A stretch of DNA of 64,000 nucleotides, from positions 13,394 to 77,393 of the forward strand of contig CALSPG010000010.1 of assembly GCA_943788175.1 (NCBI GenBank), in the 5' to 3' direction. The notes under the pieces are model-generated. The model made no database searches, was not told where the DNA came from, and worked only from the letters and a program-made list of their open reading frames with translations. The stretch comes from an uncultured bacterium. Lineage in GTDB: Bacteria; Fidelibacterota; Marinisomatia; Marinisomatales; UBA1611. Both the position numbers and the translations under genes were made by a program. Below are positions 51,098-62,114 of the stretch, in pieces; within the stretch, counting starts at the first letter, position 1; every line of letters begins with the position of its first letter.

Positions 51098-53451
51098 AAT
51101 CTAATAATAGATTTTCTATCTCTATAAAATAAAAAACAAAGTATAAGAAGCGCAGAAAAGAATGAAGTCCTTGAAATAATTTTTGCAACAATCCAATTCG
51201 AATCGTCATAGTAGAAGATAACTTCATGCTCCCCATCAGGAACGAAAACAGAGCGCAATATATGATTTGTTTGGTAAATATCAGACGGAATACCATCAAT
51301 CTTACATTTCCAGCCAGGACTATAATAAACCTCAGACAAAACTAGAAGTCCACCACCAATTGTTTTGCAATTAATTATTATTTCATTTGGAGAGTTCTTT
51401 ATAATTTTTGAATTACCACCTTTATAATTGATTAAATCAGGTCCGTCATAATCTAAAACTGTGGCAGTTTCATTCGGTCTAAAAGACATATCCATTATTG
51501 ATAAAAGTGATGATTTTTGACTTTTGACAGATTTTATATCTCCAACAACCCAGGACCTAGGTAGAACATCTAAATTTTCATATAGATTATTATTTCCTTC
51601 AATTTTTTTGAATGCTTTATTTTCTATTTTTTTATTTGTAACAATATATTTCACATTCAACATATTAAGAATTACTGGCCTACGGAAACCACCAATATCC
51701 ATTAAATCTTGATAATGCCTTAATTTAATAGCATGGTACCCTCCAATGCTTTGAATATTCCAATATCCATATTTTGTAGCTGCAATTTCATCTGCGGGGA
51801 AAATTCGGTATAAATTAGTATCAGCTTTCATATATTTTATATCTTGAGTCGGAATGAATTGATTTTTCATACTTTTAGAATCTTTGAGAGATAAGAACTC
51901 ATTATTAACAATCCATAAATCAATAAGGAGAATAGAGATAAAAAGAAATGCAAGCCCCCCCTTTGAAATTTTATTTTTCGAATAAAGAAAAATTATAGTT
52001 AATGCTCCAAAACAAATTAATAATGCCAAAAGGATACCCTTATTAAAAAGCTCGAGCCGAAGATCTTTAACTAAATCAATATAATGAATGAACCTATTAT
52101 CTCCTGGACTGGAAAAGGATAAAAGACTTTCTCCAAATAAAAAGAAAATAATACTAGAAGAAAATAAACACTCCAAATACCTTTAAAGAGTTATTAAATA
52201 TTTCTTTTTTATATTTGTTATTAATTATTTTATCAAGACAAATTGCAGCAATCATGGGCATTGTAAGAGAGAGCATCATATAAATCATTGAAGGCACTCT
52301 AAATTTTGAGAAGAAAGGTGCGAACTCAAAAAGTGGCTTATAAAACAATGGTAAATGACTACCAAATCCAATTACTAAAAGGATAAAAGAAATAGTCCAT
52401 AAAATCACTTCGGTACTATTCTGTTCTTTATACTTTAAATAATACCATAAACTAAAAAAAGATAGAATAACAATTAATAGACCCAAGTAATGAGTCGATT
52501 GAGTAAATGGCATATACCCCCAATAAGAAGCCTGTTTCATGAATTTTCTAGGCTCAGATTTATTTTTTACTGAAAAATTCTGTAAACCATAATAGTAAGG
52601 ATAAATAAATGAAATAGTCTCCAATGGGTGAAAGGACCACTGTGTAGCATAGTCCCAAGTTGTTCCCTTCTTAGTATCATCAGTTTGATCTAAAACAGAA
52701 GTTGAGCCTCTATTTGATTCACCCTGGAATTCATATATGTCGTAATAAGGATCCGATACCATCAGAAATGAAATAATGATAGAACTTGTTAAAAATAAGA
52801 TATCTTGGATGGTGTTTTTATAATTAAGCTTCTTTTTTATTAAACGATATACCGCATCTACAAACCACCATAAACCTATAACCATCCATGTATAATAGTA
52901 TATTTGAGGGTGATTAGTCCATAATTGCAGCGCTGATACAACGCTTAATAACAAAATAGATTTTATTGAACGATTACTAAACATATATAGAGCACAGAGG
53001 ACAAGAAATGGTGTAAATGCGCCTGCCATTATTTTATTATTATGACCAGCATTAATGAGCCCAAAGGCATATGGCGTCAAAGCATAAGCTAGTCCGCCAA
53101 ATAAGCTTGCGTTATATGATACTTTTAAAAACTTAAGTAAGAAAAAAAGTCCTATCCCCCCTAGAGACAAATAAAACCATAACTTAACTCCAATATTTAA
53201 ATAAATTAATCTCAACAAAGGTTCTAACGGATGACCTGGGGTGTAAATATATCCGCCATAGGATGGTAATCCAGAAAATAGGTTTGGGAACCAATGAGGA
53301 AACGCACTTCACTAGTTGTGCTTATCCACTCCTTTATTGGCTCATGCGCTACCATATCACTTGCTAAGGGTATTTTATTATAAAGAATTAAGTCCTTTAA
53401 AAAAATAAATAAAATGAGAGGTATTATTAACCAAATAAATTTTTTGATCAT
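51094..53451 (-). CDS. YfhO-family (GT-C-like) membrane protein; two frameshifts
   Basis: Three ORF pieces join (indels ~53305, ~52160): FPHWFPNLFSGLP, AGHNNK, NHPQIYYY, FSKFRVP, LNMLNVKY, LSEVYYSPGW, GEHEV. Confidence 0.85.
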
Positions 53452-53458
53452 ATTCTAA

Positions 53459-54922
53459 TTACACTTTCTTAAAAACAGAGTACCAAATATACTTTATTCC
53501 ATTGATTTCTTTATCTCCAATTAATTTAGTAACAACACTCAAAAGTGGAAACATTGTTAAGAGCAAACATTTTATTAAAAAGCTGTAACCTAAAATAGAT
53601 CCCTGCATAGCCTTAAATACAATGATTATTGAACATGCAATAATTGCCCCGTGTCCTATTTTTTTCATTGGCCAACTGAATTGGTTAACTGATTTTGTGG
53701 AATTTAACATTAGCATTATCAAAATTAAATTTGATAGGACTGTTGACAAAACAGCCCCCTCAACTCCATAATTTTTTATAAGAAAATAATTTAAAATAAC
53801 ATTTGATATGATTGCTAAAATGCCAGTTTTCACTAGCAAGTCTGTTCTATCGGTTAAAGAAGCACTTGCAAGAAAAAATATTTTAAATCCACCAACAAAA
53901 TAAGCCAAAGAAATCCATGGAATTAACCATGCAGCTGATAAATACTCTTTGTTGGCAACAATAGATATAATTGTTTCTGAAAAAAAACTCAGGCCAACAA
54001 TAATAAACCATCCAACATATGAATAATAGAATGTAAGATCTTGATGTATTTTTCTACTTTCTTCTTTACTTTTACCAACTTGAAACATTTGTGGCCCCCA
54101 AGAACGACTAATTGGGATTACTAAAAACATATTAATCAACATTCCAAATTTGTATGCTATTCCATATCTACCGATTTCTTCAATGGATGTAAAAAATTTT
54201 AAAAAGTATCTATCAGAAACATTTAATACAGGCATTAATAAAATCATAGGAATCATAGGTAATCCAAATGCTAAAATCTTTTTTATAAATTTAAATGATG
54301 GAAGAGCAGGAGCATATTTGATTAAAATAAAAATTATACCTACAAATGACATTAAAAAAACTGCTACTTTAGCATAATAAATACCGATAATACCCAAACC
54401 ACTGTAAACAATTAAGTAAATTGTTATACCTACTAAAGATAAGAATTGAACCAACGATAATATTAAATAAAAAATTGACTGATTCTTATGTTGCAGTAAA
54501 GAGTATATAAAATGTGATACTGATTGTAAGAAGCAACTAATAAAAACAAAAAATAAAAGATTATTATTATTTGGAATACCAAAAAACAAACTTATGTCGT
54601 CTTGAAAAAATAATAGTAAGAAGGTTATTGCCAGTCCGCTAAAAATCATAATTGTAAAAGCAGAAATAATAATTTTGTTTATATTATTACCTTTTTCTTC
54701 TGGTAAAAAACGCCACATCGCATTTATACTTCCTATTGGAATTATTGTAACGACAAATAATTCAAACATCTCAAGAAAAATTATTAGTCCAACTTCAGAT
54801 ATAGTTAAATACGTTGTGTACAACGGCACTAATGTAATTACAACAAGTTTTGTCAACAAATTCGCCGTCCCATAGATGAGCGTAGAATAACCAAATAATT
54901 TTATTTTAGGACGAATTTTCAT
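53459..54922 (-). CDS. Polysaccharide/oligosaccharide flippase (Wzx/MOP family)
   Basis: YG.ANL..., PLYTTYL, FGLP, SDRYFL, GRYGIAYK; many TMs. Confidence 0.88.
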   Translation of the reverse strand: MKIRPKIKLFGYSTLIYGTANLLTKLVVITLVPLYTTYLTISEVGLIIFLEMFELFVVTIIPIGSINAMWRFLPEEKGNNINKIIISAFTIMIFSGLAITFLLLFFQDDISLFFGIPNNNNLLFFVFISCFLQSVSHFIYSLLQHKNQSIFYLILSLVQFLSLVGITIYLIVYSGLGIIGIYYAKVAVFLMSFVGIIFILIKYAPALPSFKFIKKILAFGLPMIPMILLMPVLNVSDRYFLKFFTSIEEIGRYGIAYKFGMLINMFLVIPISRSWGPQMFQVGKSKEESRKIHQDLTFYYSYVGWFIIVGLSFFSETIISIVANKEYLSAAWLIPWISLAYFVGGFKIFFLASASLTDRTDLLVKTGILAIISNVILNYFLIKNYGVEGAVLSTVLSNLILIMLMLNSTKSVNQFSWPMKKIGHGAIIACSIIIVFKAMQGSILGYSFLIKCLLLTMFPLLSVVTKLIGDKEINGIKYIWYSVFKKV

Positions 54923-54954
54923 ACTTTTTTAAACTAAATAGTAGAAGTTGTAAT

Positions 54955-55648
54955 TTATAATTTTATTTTTTTTTTTGCGACGACGGTGTAACCAACTGTT
55001 TCAAGATTTGGGTTTTTATCTAATCTGTCCAAGATGGGAGCTAATAGTTGCCCCAGATACCATATTGGAACCATTACCATTCTAATAAAGACTCTTATAA
55101 AATTGTGGTCCTTTAATTAAATCTAGCACTGAAATAATTTATTTTTAGAACCCACATACTAAAAGAACCCTGATGCTGGAGTTATATTAATATTTTTAAA
55201 TCCTGCTTTTTCAATACTTGTATTGCAGACCATAAATTGTGTATCTATAATAATCGTATGGAGCTTCATGTATCCACCACTGAAAAGGAACAGTCAAAAT
55301 AATTTTACCATTTTTCTTGAGAATTCTATTCGCTTCATTTAACATATTTTGGGGTTCACAAAGATGTTCCATTACTTGAAAAGAGATAACTGTATCAGCA
55401 ATTTCTGAATCAATAGGCAGCGGCTTATTCAAATCTGAAACTATATCGGCTTTTAAATTATGAAATGTTTTGCCCCAATCTACGCCAATGTAAATATCAG
55501 CAAATTTTAGTATGTATTGTTCATAAGGCCTTTCGCCACAGCCTAAGTCATAAACTGTACCTTTAAAATTCTTGAAGTTTTTTTTTAAAGTTTCATTATT
55601 TATTTTTATTGCCAACCAATTATTAGATATGTAATCTATTTTATTCAT
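54955..55648 (-). CDS. Class I SAM-dependent methyltransferase (surface-glycan locus); C-terminus frameshifted
   Basis: DLGCGERPY, QVMEHL.EP, HEAPYDYYRYT; continuation EKAGFKNI...ETVGYTVVAKK in shifted frames. Confidence 0.8.
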
Positions 55649-55734
55649 TTAAGTTTATAAATATAAGTATTAAAAATAATTTCATTTAATAAATTACCAA
55701 CAAGTTCTAGATAAATGATTCCATTATTATTATT

Positions 55735-56852
55735 TTAAAAATTTTGTGCAAGTTTGATAATTCCTTTGGTCTTTTTTTTTATTGCTTCATGCCCTTGCAA
55801 ACTAATTACTAATTTCTTATTTATCTCTTTTTGTTTATTACTTAATTCAATTGCCAACGAGATAAGAATCTTTCTCTAAGTCAAAAACAACAATTCCAAC
55901 ATCATTCAAATATTTAAAAGTTAGTGATCTTTTATTTAGGAATACCCTAATACCAAGGAATAAAGCCATGTAAATATTACCCAATGCTTGTTGCCTTACG
56001 TGATACATAATCATTGTATTACAAGACAAAAGAAGATTATTGTAATCCGGTAATGGTAAAAAGCTCTCAATTGGTTTAAAATTTTCTTTGAATAATTTTT
56101 TTCCTCTGTTGATGACTTTTTTTCTATACTTTTTATAACCAAGGGCTCCATAACTAAGAGGAGTAATAACATTAGTACTATTATTTTTTATAATTTCAAA
56201 TATATCTAAATGGTTATTCGAAAAAGTAGCAGAGTTTCCCGCTAAAATTGATTTACCCAAAGATACGCTCGAAGTATCATCAAATTTATCAACGAAATAA
56301 TTGTATTCAATATATTTTGCAGAAAGATTAAATTCTTTAATAATTATTTTAAATTCGTATGGTAAGACTGTACTAATAAAGTGAATTTTATTTAATGTTT
56401 CCAATTCATCTCTAAAGGTATTCACCTTATACTTCAATAAATGGTATAATTTATAAAGTCTAGAAAATCGTAATTGTTGATAAATATTTTTTTTACGAAT
56501 TTTTTGGGTTAGTGGTTCAAAAAAATCTTGATTATAAAAAAAATCATAAACATCTGAACCCCAGATCGACCAAAGAACTTTTACATTCGGAGGCTTTTTC
56601 TTTAAAATATATATTTTTAAAGGAGTAAGGTAGTGTATTACCATCAATTGACAGTCCTTATATATAATATCTAGATCTAATCCGAAGCTTGATTTAGGTA
56701 ATAAAACAACTTTTTTTGTCAAAGAAACATGTTTTAATTGCTTAGAATTTGAAAATATAATGTACCTATTGAACCCATTAACAGATTCATTATCAAAATT
56801 ATTTATTACATCATCTACAAATTTTTTCGTCCTCAAATAAATGAACAATCAT
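55735..56852 (-). CDS. TDP-N-acetylfucosamine transferase (WecF/GT56-like); frameshifts at both ends
   Basis: WSIWGSDVY, GNSATFSNNHLD, PLSYG, RQQALGN; real start likely MIVHLFEDEK (56852). Confidence 0.8.
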
Positions 56853-56854
56853 TT

Positions 56855-57492
56855 TTATTTTAAAGATTTAATTCGCTTAGCTGGATTGCCAAAAACTAAT
56901 GAATCATCAGGGATGTTTTTTGTAACTACTGAACCTGCACCTACAACTGAGTTTACACCAATTCTAACATTTGGCAAAATTGTAGCATTAGTACCAATGA
57001 ATACATTGTCACCTATTTCACAATTCCCTGAAATACCAACGTTAGGGCAAATTTCTGTAAACGCACCAATTGATGCGTCATGACCGATCGTTGAATTCAA
57101 ATTAATTATACAAGCTTTTCCTATTTTTACATCATTTTGTTATTATAACTCCAGAGGCAATGATACACCCTTCTTCTATTTTACAGTTGTAGTGACCAAT
57201 GTCTGAATTAACACTATAAACTGAACAAATTTTACCTCCTATTTCAGAAAATTGATTGTAGATATATTTTCTTTTTTTTGGGTCACCTATACCAATAGTG
57301 TAATTATTACCTGACTTTTTAAAATAATTGATAACATCATCAAAATTATTTATGACATTGAATTGGCCATACAACTTGCCTGGGTATTTCGTTACTAATA
57401 TTGTCAAAAAAAACTATCCTTTTTTTGTATGAATTTTGATGTAATATTTCTAATACTTCTTTGGCAAAACCTTTTGCTCCAGCTACTAACAT
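56855..57492 (-). CDS. Sugar N-acetyltransferase, NeuD/PglD-like left-handed beta helix; split by indels
   Basis: MLVAGAKGFAKEVLE start at 57492; IGIGDP..R; TIGHD; hexapeptide repeats; GAGSVVTK; GNPAK. Confidence 0.85.
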
Positions 57493-58563
57493 AAATTTTC
57501 AATTATAATTCTACATATTTTCTTAACATTCATAGTTTCTAATTCAGGGTACATTGGCAGGCATAAAATTTTAGATGAAATATCTCTAGATATTTCACAA
57601 TATTGTTTAGGCTTAATATATTTTAATGTATCTAATGAAGGATAAAAATATCTTCTAGGATAAATGTCCTCTTTTTTTTAAGCCATCCTCTACACTTTTT
57701 AATTGTTTAGTATTTTTTAATATTATAGGGAAGTAACTATGATTCTGAATTGAATGATTGTTCATTTTCTGGAAAGTAACGTACTTTTCTAATTCATGCA
57801 TATAAAGAAAATATATTTTTTTTCTTTTTTTATTTAGTTCTTGAATATCATTTAAAACACAAAGACCCATTGCTGCCTCAAATTCGTTCATTTTTGCATT
57901 CGTTCCTAATTCTGGAATCTCCTCGGTATTTTTTATACCAAAATTAATAAGATATCTAACTTTCTCTACTAATTCATCATTATTTACAACTAAAGCACCA
58001 CCTTCAATACAATGGAAAGCCTTTGTCGCATGAAAGCTAATAGCTGATATATCCCCATAAGTCAATATACTTGACCCTTTATATTTTACATTAAATGAAT
58101 GTGCAGCATCATATATCACTTTCAAATTGTTCTGCTTTGCTATTGAATCTATTTTTTCAATTTCGCAAGCATTACTAAAAACATGTACTGGAACAATAGC
58201 AGTAGTATTTTTTGTAATTAAATTGTGAATGTTAGCAGTATCTATATTAAATGTGTCTGGATCTATGTCAGCAAATACGGGATTTAAACCATTTGTAACG
58301 AGAGAACTAGTTGTAGCTACAAAACTAAAAGGTGATGTTATAACATCACCTTTTATATCTAATGCTCTATATGCAATCTCAAGTGCCACAGTTCCATTAG
58401 CTACTAAAACAATATTTTTAACTCCTAAATACTTAGCTAATTTTTTCTCTAATAGATTAACTAAAGGGCCATTATTTGTAATCCATCCATTCTCGTAAAT
58501 TTCATCAATATACTTTTTATACTGCTTTTTATTAGGGAGGTAAGTTTTTGTTACATTTATCAT
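57486..58563 (-). CDS. DegT/DnrJ/EryC1/StrS aminotransferase (VioA-like); frameshift at an A run ~57675
   Basis: TNNGP, NGT.AL, YDAAH, SFHATK, EGGA, NAKMNEF; continuation EDIYPRRYFYPSL...LCLPMY. Confidence 0.92.
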
Positions 58564-58922
58564 TTATATAATTTTTTGCATTTTGATTAAAAAAAAATCA
58601 ACATATTTGGAATTACTCATTGTAAGAATTGGTTTAATATACATTTATATTCCAAAATTTTTAAAATAAAATAATTTGTTTAGAAAAAGACAAGTTCTTT
58701 TGTTAAGATAAGAGTCATTAGAGTTTTTATGGACGGTAATAACCCAGAACGGTTAAGGAAGATCTCTTTTCTAATGACAATTACATAAAGCTACTTTTAT
58801 AATGAATTAATTTTTTGATAATACCATATTTAATATTTGAGATAATTGTTTTGATTGTTCAAAGAGACTGATTTTCTTGAATTTGATTTTCATCTAACTT
58901 TTATTAATTAAGATACTATCCA

Positions 58923-58956
58923 AATCATTTTTATCATAAATATGATAAAAATGATT
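58923..58956. repeat. Perfect 16-bp inverted repeat with 2-nt spacer
   Basis: AATCATTTTTATCATA-AA-TATGATAAAAATGATT. Confidence 0.85.
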
Positions 58957-58967
58957 ATAACAAAATT

Positions 58968-59135
58968 CAAGTAATATTTTTGAAGATATAGATCTGCGAA
59001 CCATAACAGATAAGGAATTAATCCATGCCATAAATCGAATTAGCAATCATCTAAAAAAAAGACTTGGATACAAAACATCCAACCAAGCATTTTTTTAAGA
59101 ATCATAAAATATTGCACTTACGACTTGAATCCAGC
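58968..59135 (+). mobile_element. IS30-family remnant (transposase C-terminus and right end)
   Basis: EDIDLRTITDKELIHAINRISNHLKKRLGYKTSNQAFF* resembles the IS30 C-terminus (D...V.D.EL.....LN.RPRK.LG.KTP...F). Followed by ATTGCACTTACGACTTGAATCCAGC, resembling IS30-family termini. Confidence 0.7.
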
Positions 59136-59350
59136 ATTTATTTCTAATATATTTATATATATTATACTTTTTCCCATTACTATTTGGTTCAACAGTTAGA
59201 AATAAAAATATTAATACAGGTTTTATGTCATTATTTGCTGTATGTATTCAATATTTATAATACGGTATGGATCTTATAAAATCAGTTTTTATCGTTAATA
59301 ATATTGAAGAAAGCCTGAAGATGTTGTTCCGAATTTATTTTTTTAATATC
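59136..59350 (+). pseudogene. C-terminal remnant of a GT2 glycosyltransferase
   Basis: LLFGSTVRNKNINTGFMSLFAVCIQYL*YGMDLIKS.../RKPEDVVPNLFF aligns by eye with the C-terminus of 61065-62093 (..KTFKVVALLLMVMPFQIFGYGLGFIIA..). Confidence 0.5.
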
Positions 59351-59361
59351 TTTATTGTTTA

Positions 59362-60648
59362 ATGAAAAAAGTGTTAATCATAACATATTATTGGCCTCCA
59401 GCTGGTGGCCCAGGAGTGCAACGCTGGTTGAAGTTTGTAAAATATCTTCGAGATTTCAATTCAGAGCCTATTGTTTATGTTCCTGAAAATCCTAATAATC
59501 CCATTATAGATGAAAGTCTAGTTGCTGAAATTCCTTTGGGGATTACCATTTTGAAGCAACCTATAAAAGAACCTTATAAATTAGCCAGGCTTTTATCTAA
59601 AAAGTATTCTAGAAATATGCAAAAAGGGATAATTCAACAATCGTCACATCAAACTTTTATTGAAAAATTACTGTTGTTTATTCGCGGCAACTTGTTTATT
59701 CCCGATGCACGAATAAATTGGGTAAAGCCATCGGTAAAATTTTTAAGAAAATACATCAATGCTAATGATATTAATACCATAATTACCACGGGGCCTCCAC
59801 ATAGCATACATTTGATTGGTCTACAATTACAGCAACAATTAAAATTGACTTGGCTAGCAGATTTTAGAGATCCATGGACAACCATTGGATATCATAGTAA
59901 ACTAAAATTATTGCGTTTTGCTAGGTTAAAACATAAAAGGTTAGAAAAGAAGGTGTTGCAATCTGCAGATCAAATCATAGTGACTAGTCCAACGACTAAA
60001 TTGGAATTTGAGAGTATTACAAAACGACCCATAGCAGTGATAACCAACGGCTATGATGTTGACTCAGATAATGATATCCAATTAGATAAGAAGTTTACTT
60101 TAGCCCATATTGGTACATTAAGTTCAGAAAGGAATCCTGAAGTATTATGGCGGGTAATTAGTGATATTGTTAGATGCGACAAGGTATTTGCGTCCCAGTT
60201 TCAACTGAATTTAGTTGGTACTGTAAGTAAAGAAATATTGAAAAGTCTAGATACCTATGGGTTATCTCAATTTTTAAATTTAGTTGATTATGTTTCACAT
60301 GAAGCCGCCATTCGATATCAAAAACAATCTCAAATTTTACTATTAATAGAGATTGATGCAGAACATACCAAATGTATCATTCCCGGGAAATTGTTTGAAT
60401 ATATGGTTTCAAATAGACCCATTCTTGCGTTTGGACCAAGAGCCGCAGATATAGCTCAAATTATTAGATCCACAAATACAGGTGCGTATTTTGAGTACAC
60501 GGAATACGATAGTTTAAAAATAAAACTCTTGAAGTACTTCGAGGATTATAAACAGCATAAGCTTAAAAGCCATCCAATTGGTTTAAAGCAGTATAACAGA
60601 AAAATGTTGACAGGTCAGTTAGCTTTACTAATTAATAAAAATAAATAA
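59362..60648 (+). CDS. Family 4 glycosyltransferase (inverted relative to locus)
   Basis: MKKVLIITYYWPPAGGPGVQRWLKFVKYL, GNLFIPDAR, TTGPPHS, ADFRDPW, ITNGYD, PGKLFEY. Confidence 0.92.
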   Translation: MKKVLIITYYWPPAGGPGVQRWLKFVKYLRDFNSEPIVYVPENPNNPIIDESLVAEIPLGITILKQPIKEPYKLARLLSKKYSRNMQKGIIQQSSHQTFIEKLLLFIRGNLFIPDARINWVKPSVKFLRKYINANDINTIITTGPPHSIHLIGLQLQQQLKLTWLADFRDPWTTIGYHSKLKLLRFARLKHKRLEKKVLQSADQIIVTSPTTKLEFESITKRPIAVITNGYDVDSDNDIQLDKKFTLAHIGTLSSERNPEVLWRVISDIVRCDKVFASQFQLNLVGTVSKEILKSLDTYGLSQFLNLVDYVSHEAAIRYQKQSQILLLIEIDAEHTKCIIPGKLFEYMVSNRPILAFGPRAADIAQIIRSTNTGAYFEYTEYDSLKIKLLKYFEDYKQHKLKSHPIGLKQYNRKMLTGQLALLINKNK

Positions 60649-60689
60649 GCGAGCAAAAAAGTCTTATCAATACATTGAAAAATAAGAGT

Positions 60690-61062
60690 TTAAAGATTTA
60701 TTGTCCTTGGGTAACAATCTAGTCTTCCATCAAAAATAATTAAGTTCAATCTTATCTCTCTTGTTAGTTTTATAATAAAGATGTCTTCATTTCAAAAACT
60801 TTATTGATTCGACGGAATATATTTATTTTTTGTATTTTTTTTAAATAAGGAATGCATTGAAAAACCCTTTATTTTGATTTCCTTTATACCTTTAGTGTCT
60901 ACGCAATGATCAATCAATAGCCGGATATTAACCGTTTCCCGCTTTCAAGGCTTTTGGGATCCATCAAAGTTGTGGAAGATATTTACAAAATCTCAACATT
61001 CTTTGTAAACCAACTCTGACACTTAATGACCAATAATATAAAATTATTATTACATTTTTCAT
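60690..61062 (-). pseudogene. Decayed 5' part of a GT4 homologous to 59362-60648
   Basis: From ATG at 61062: MKNVIIILYYWSLSVRVGLQRMLRFCKYLPQL*WIPKALKAGNG*YPAID*SL..., later NLIIFDGRLD; three in-frame stops. Confidence 0.8.
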
Positions 61063-61064
61063 GT

Positions 61065-62093
61065 TTAATAAAAATTTCTTTGAAATCCAGAAAATTCTTT
61101 ATGCTTCAAGATATATCTTTTTATATATGCAATAATAAAACCTAAACCATATCCAAAAATTTGAAAGGGCATTACCATTAAAAGGAGGGCCACGACTTTA
61201 AACGTTTTCTCTTTAAAACCACCGATTATAGAAACAAGTATTAAACTACAAATCAAAATAATTAAGTATGGTGCAAATGTAATGGGGTATACTGTAGCTA
61301 ATAATATTATTAAACCTGCAATTATAGTAAGAATTGATGGCATAAAATGAATTGGCTCAATCATACTTGAATCTCTTTTCGCTAAGTTTATTCTAGCTAC
61401 ACCTGAATTATAAACCTGTTTAAAAAATTTAAATAGCGAAGTTCTACGACGGTGATAAACAATAGCCCGTTCCAATAACTTTATATTTGAGCCACTTTTA
61501 TGCACTCGATTACTTAATTCAATATCTTCTCCAAATCTAAGTGAACTAAAACCTCCAATTTTTAAAAATATTTTTTTTTTAATACCCATATTATGAGTTC
61601 TCGGATAAAATTTTGCAATCATTTTACTATTATGACCTCTGATACCTCCAGTAGTAAAGAAGGAGGTCATAGAAAAATTTATAGCTTTTTGAATGGGTAA
61701 AAAATCATCTTTTGCCATATCTGGACCACCAAAAGCATCAAAATTGTCTTTTTTATATGATTCGTAAATATGTTTTAACCAATTTTTATCGGCTTCACAA
61801 TCAGAATCAGTGAATACGATAAGTTCTCCACTTGAACTCTCAACTGCTTTGTTCCTTGCAAAACTAGGACCAAGATTTTTTTGAAAAATATAAATAATAT
61901 CAAACTGAACATCCATTTGCCACTTTTTAATATGCTCCTCTGTTCCATCAGTAGAACCATCATCACAAATTATCATCTCAAAATACTTAGGCTCTAAAGT
62001 TTGGTCATTCAGCGAATTAATCAAATGAGCTAACTCATCTTTGCGGTTGAATGTAGGAGTGACTATACTAATTGCAGGTTTTAAGAGCGACAT
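61065..62093 (-). CDS. Family 2 glycosyltransferase with C-terminal TMs
   Basis: VTPTFNR, DDGSTD, ARN, FTDSDC, GEDIELS, VYHRRR. Confidence 0.92.
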   Translation of the reverse strand: MSLLKPAISIVTPTFNRKDELAHLINSLNDQTLEPKYFEMIICDDGSTDGTEEHIKKWQMDVQFDIIYIFQKNLGPSFARNKAVESSSGELIVFTDSDCEADKNWLKHIYESYKKDNFDAFGGPDMAKDDFLPIQKAINFSMTSFFTTGGIRGHNSKMIAKFYPRTHNMGIKKKIFLKIGGFSSLRFGEDIELSNRVHKSGSNIKLLERAIVYHRRRTSLFKFFKQVYNSGVARINLAKRDSSMIEPIHFMPSILTIIAGLIILLATVYPITFAPYLIILICSLILVSIIGGFKEKTFKVVALLLMVMPFQIFGYGLGFIIAYIKRYILKHKEFSGFQRNFY

Positions 62094-62114
62094 TTAGTAT
62101 CACAATACATTGTT

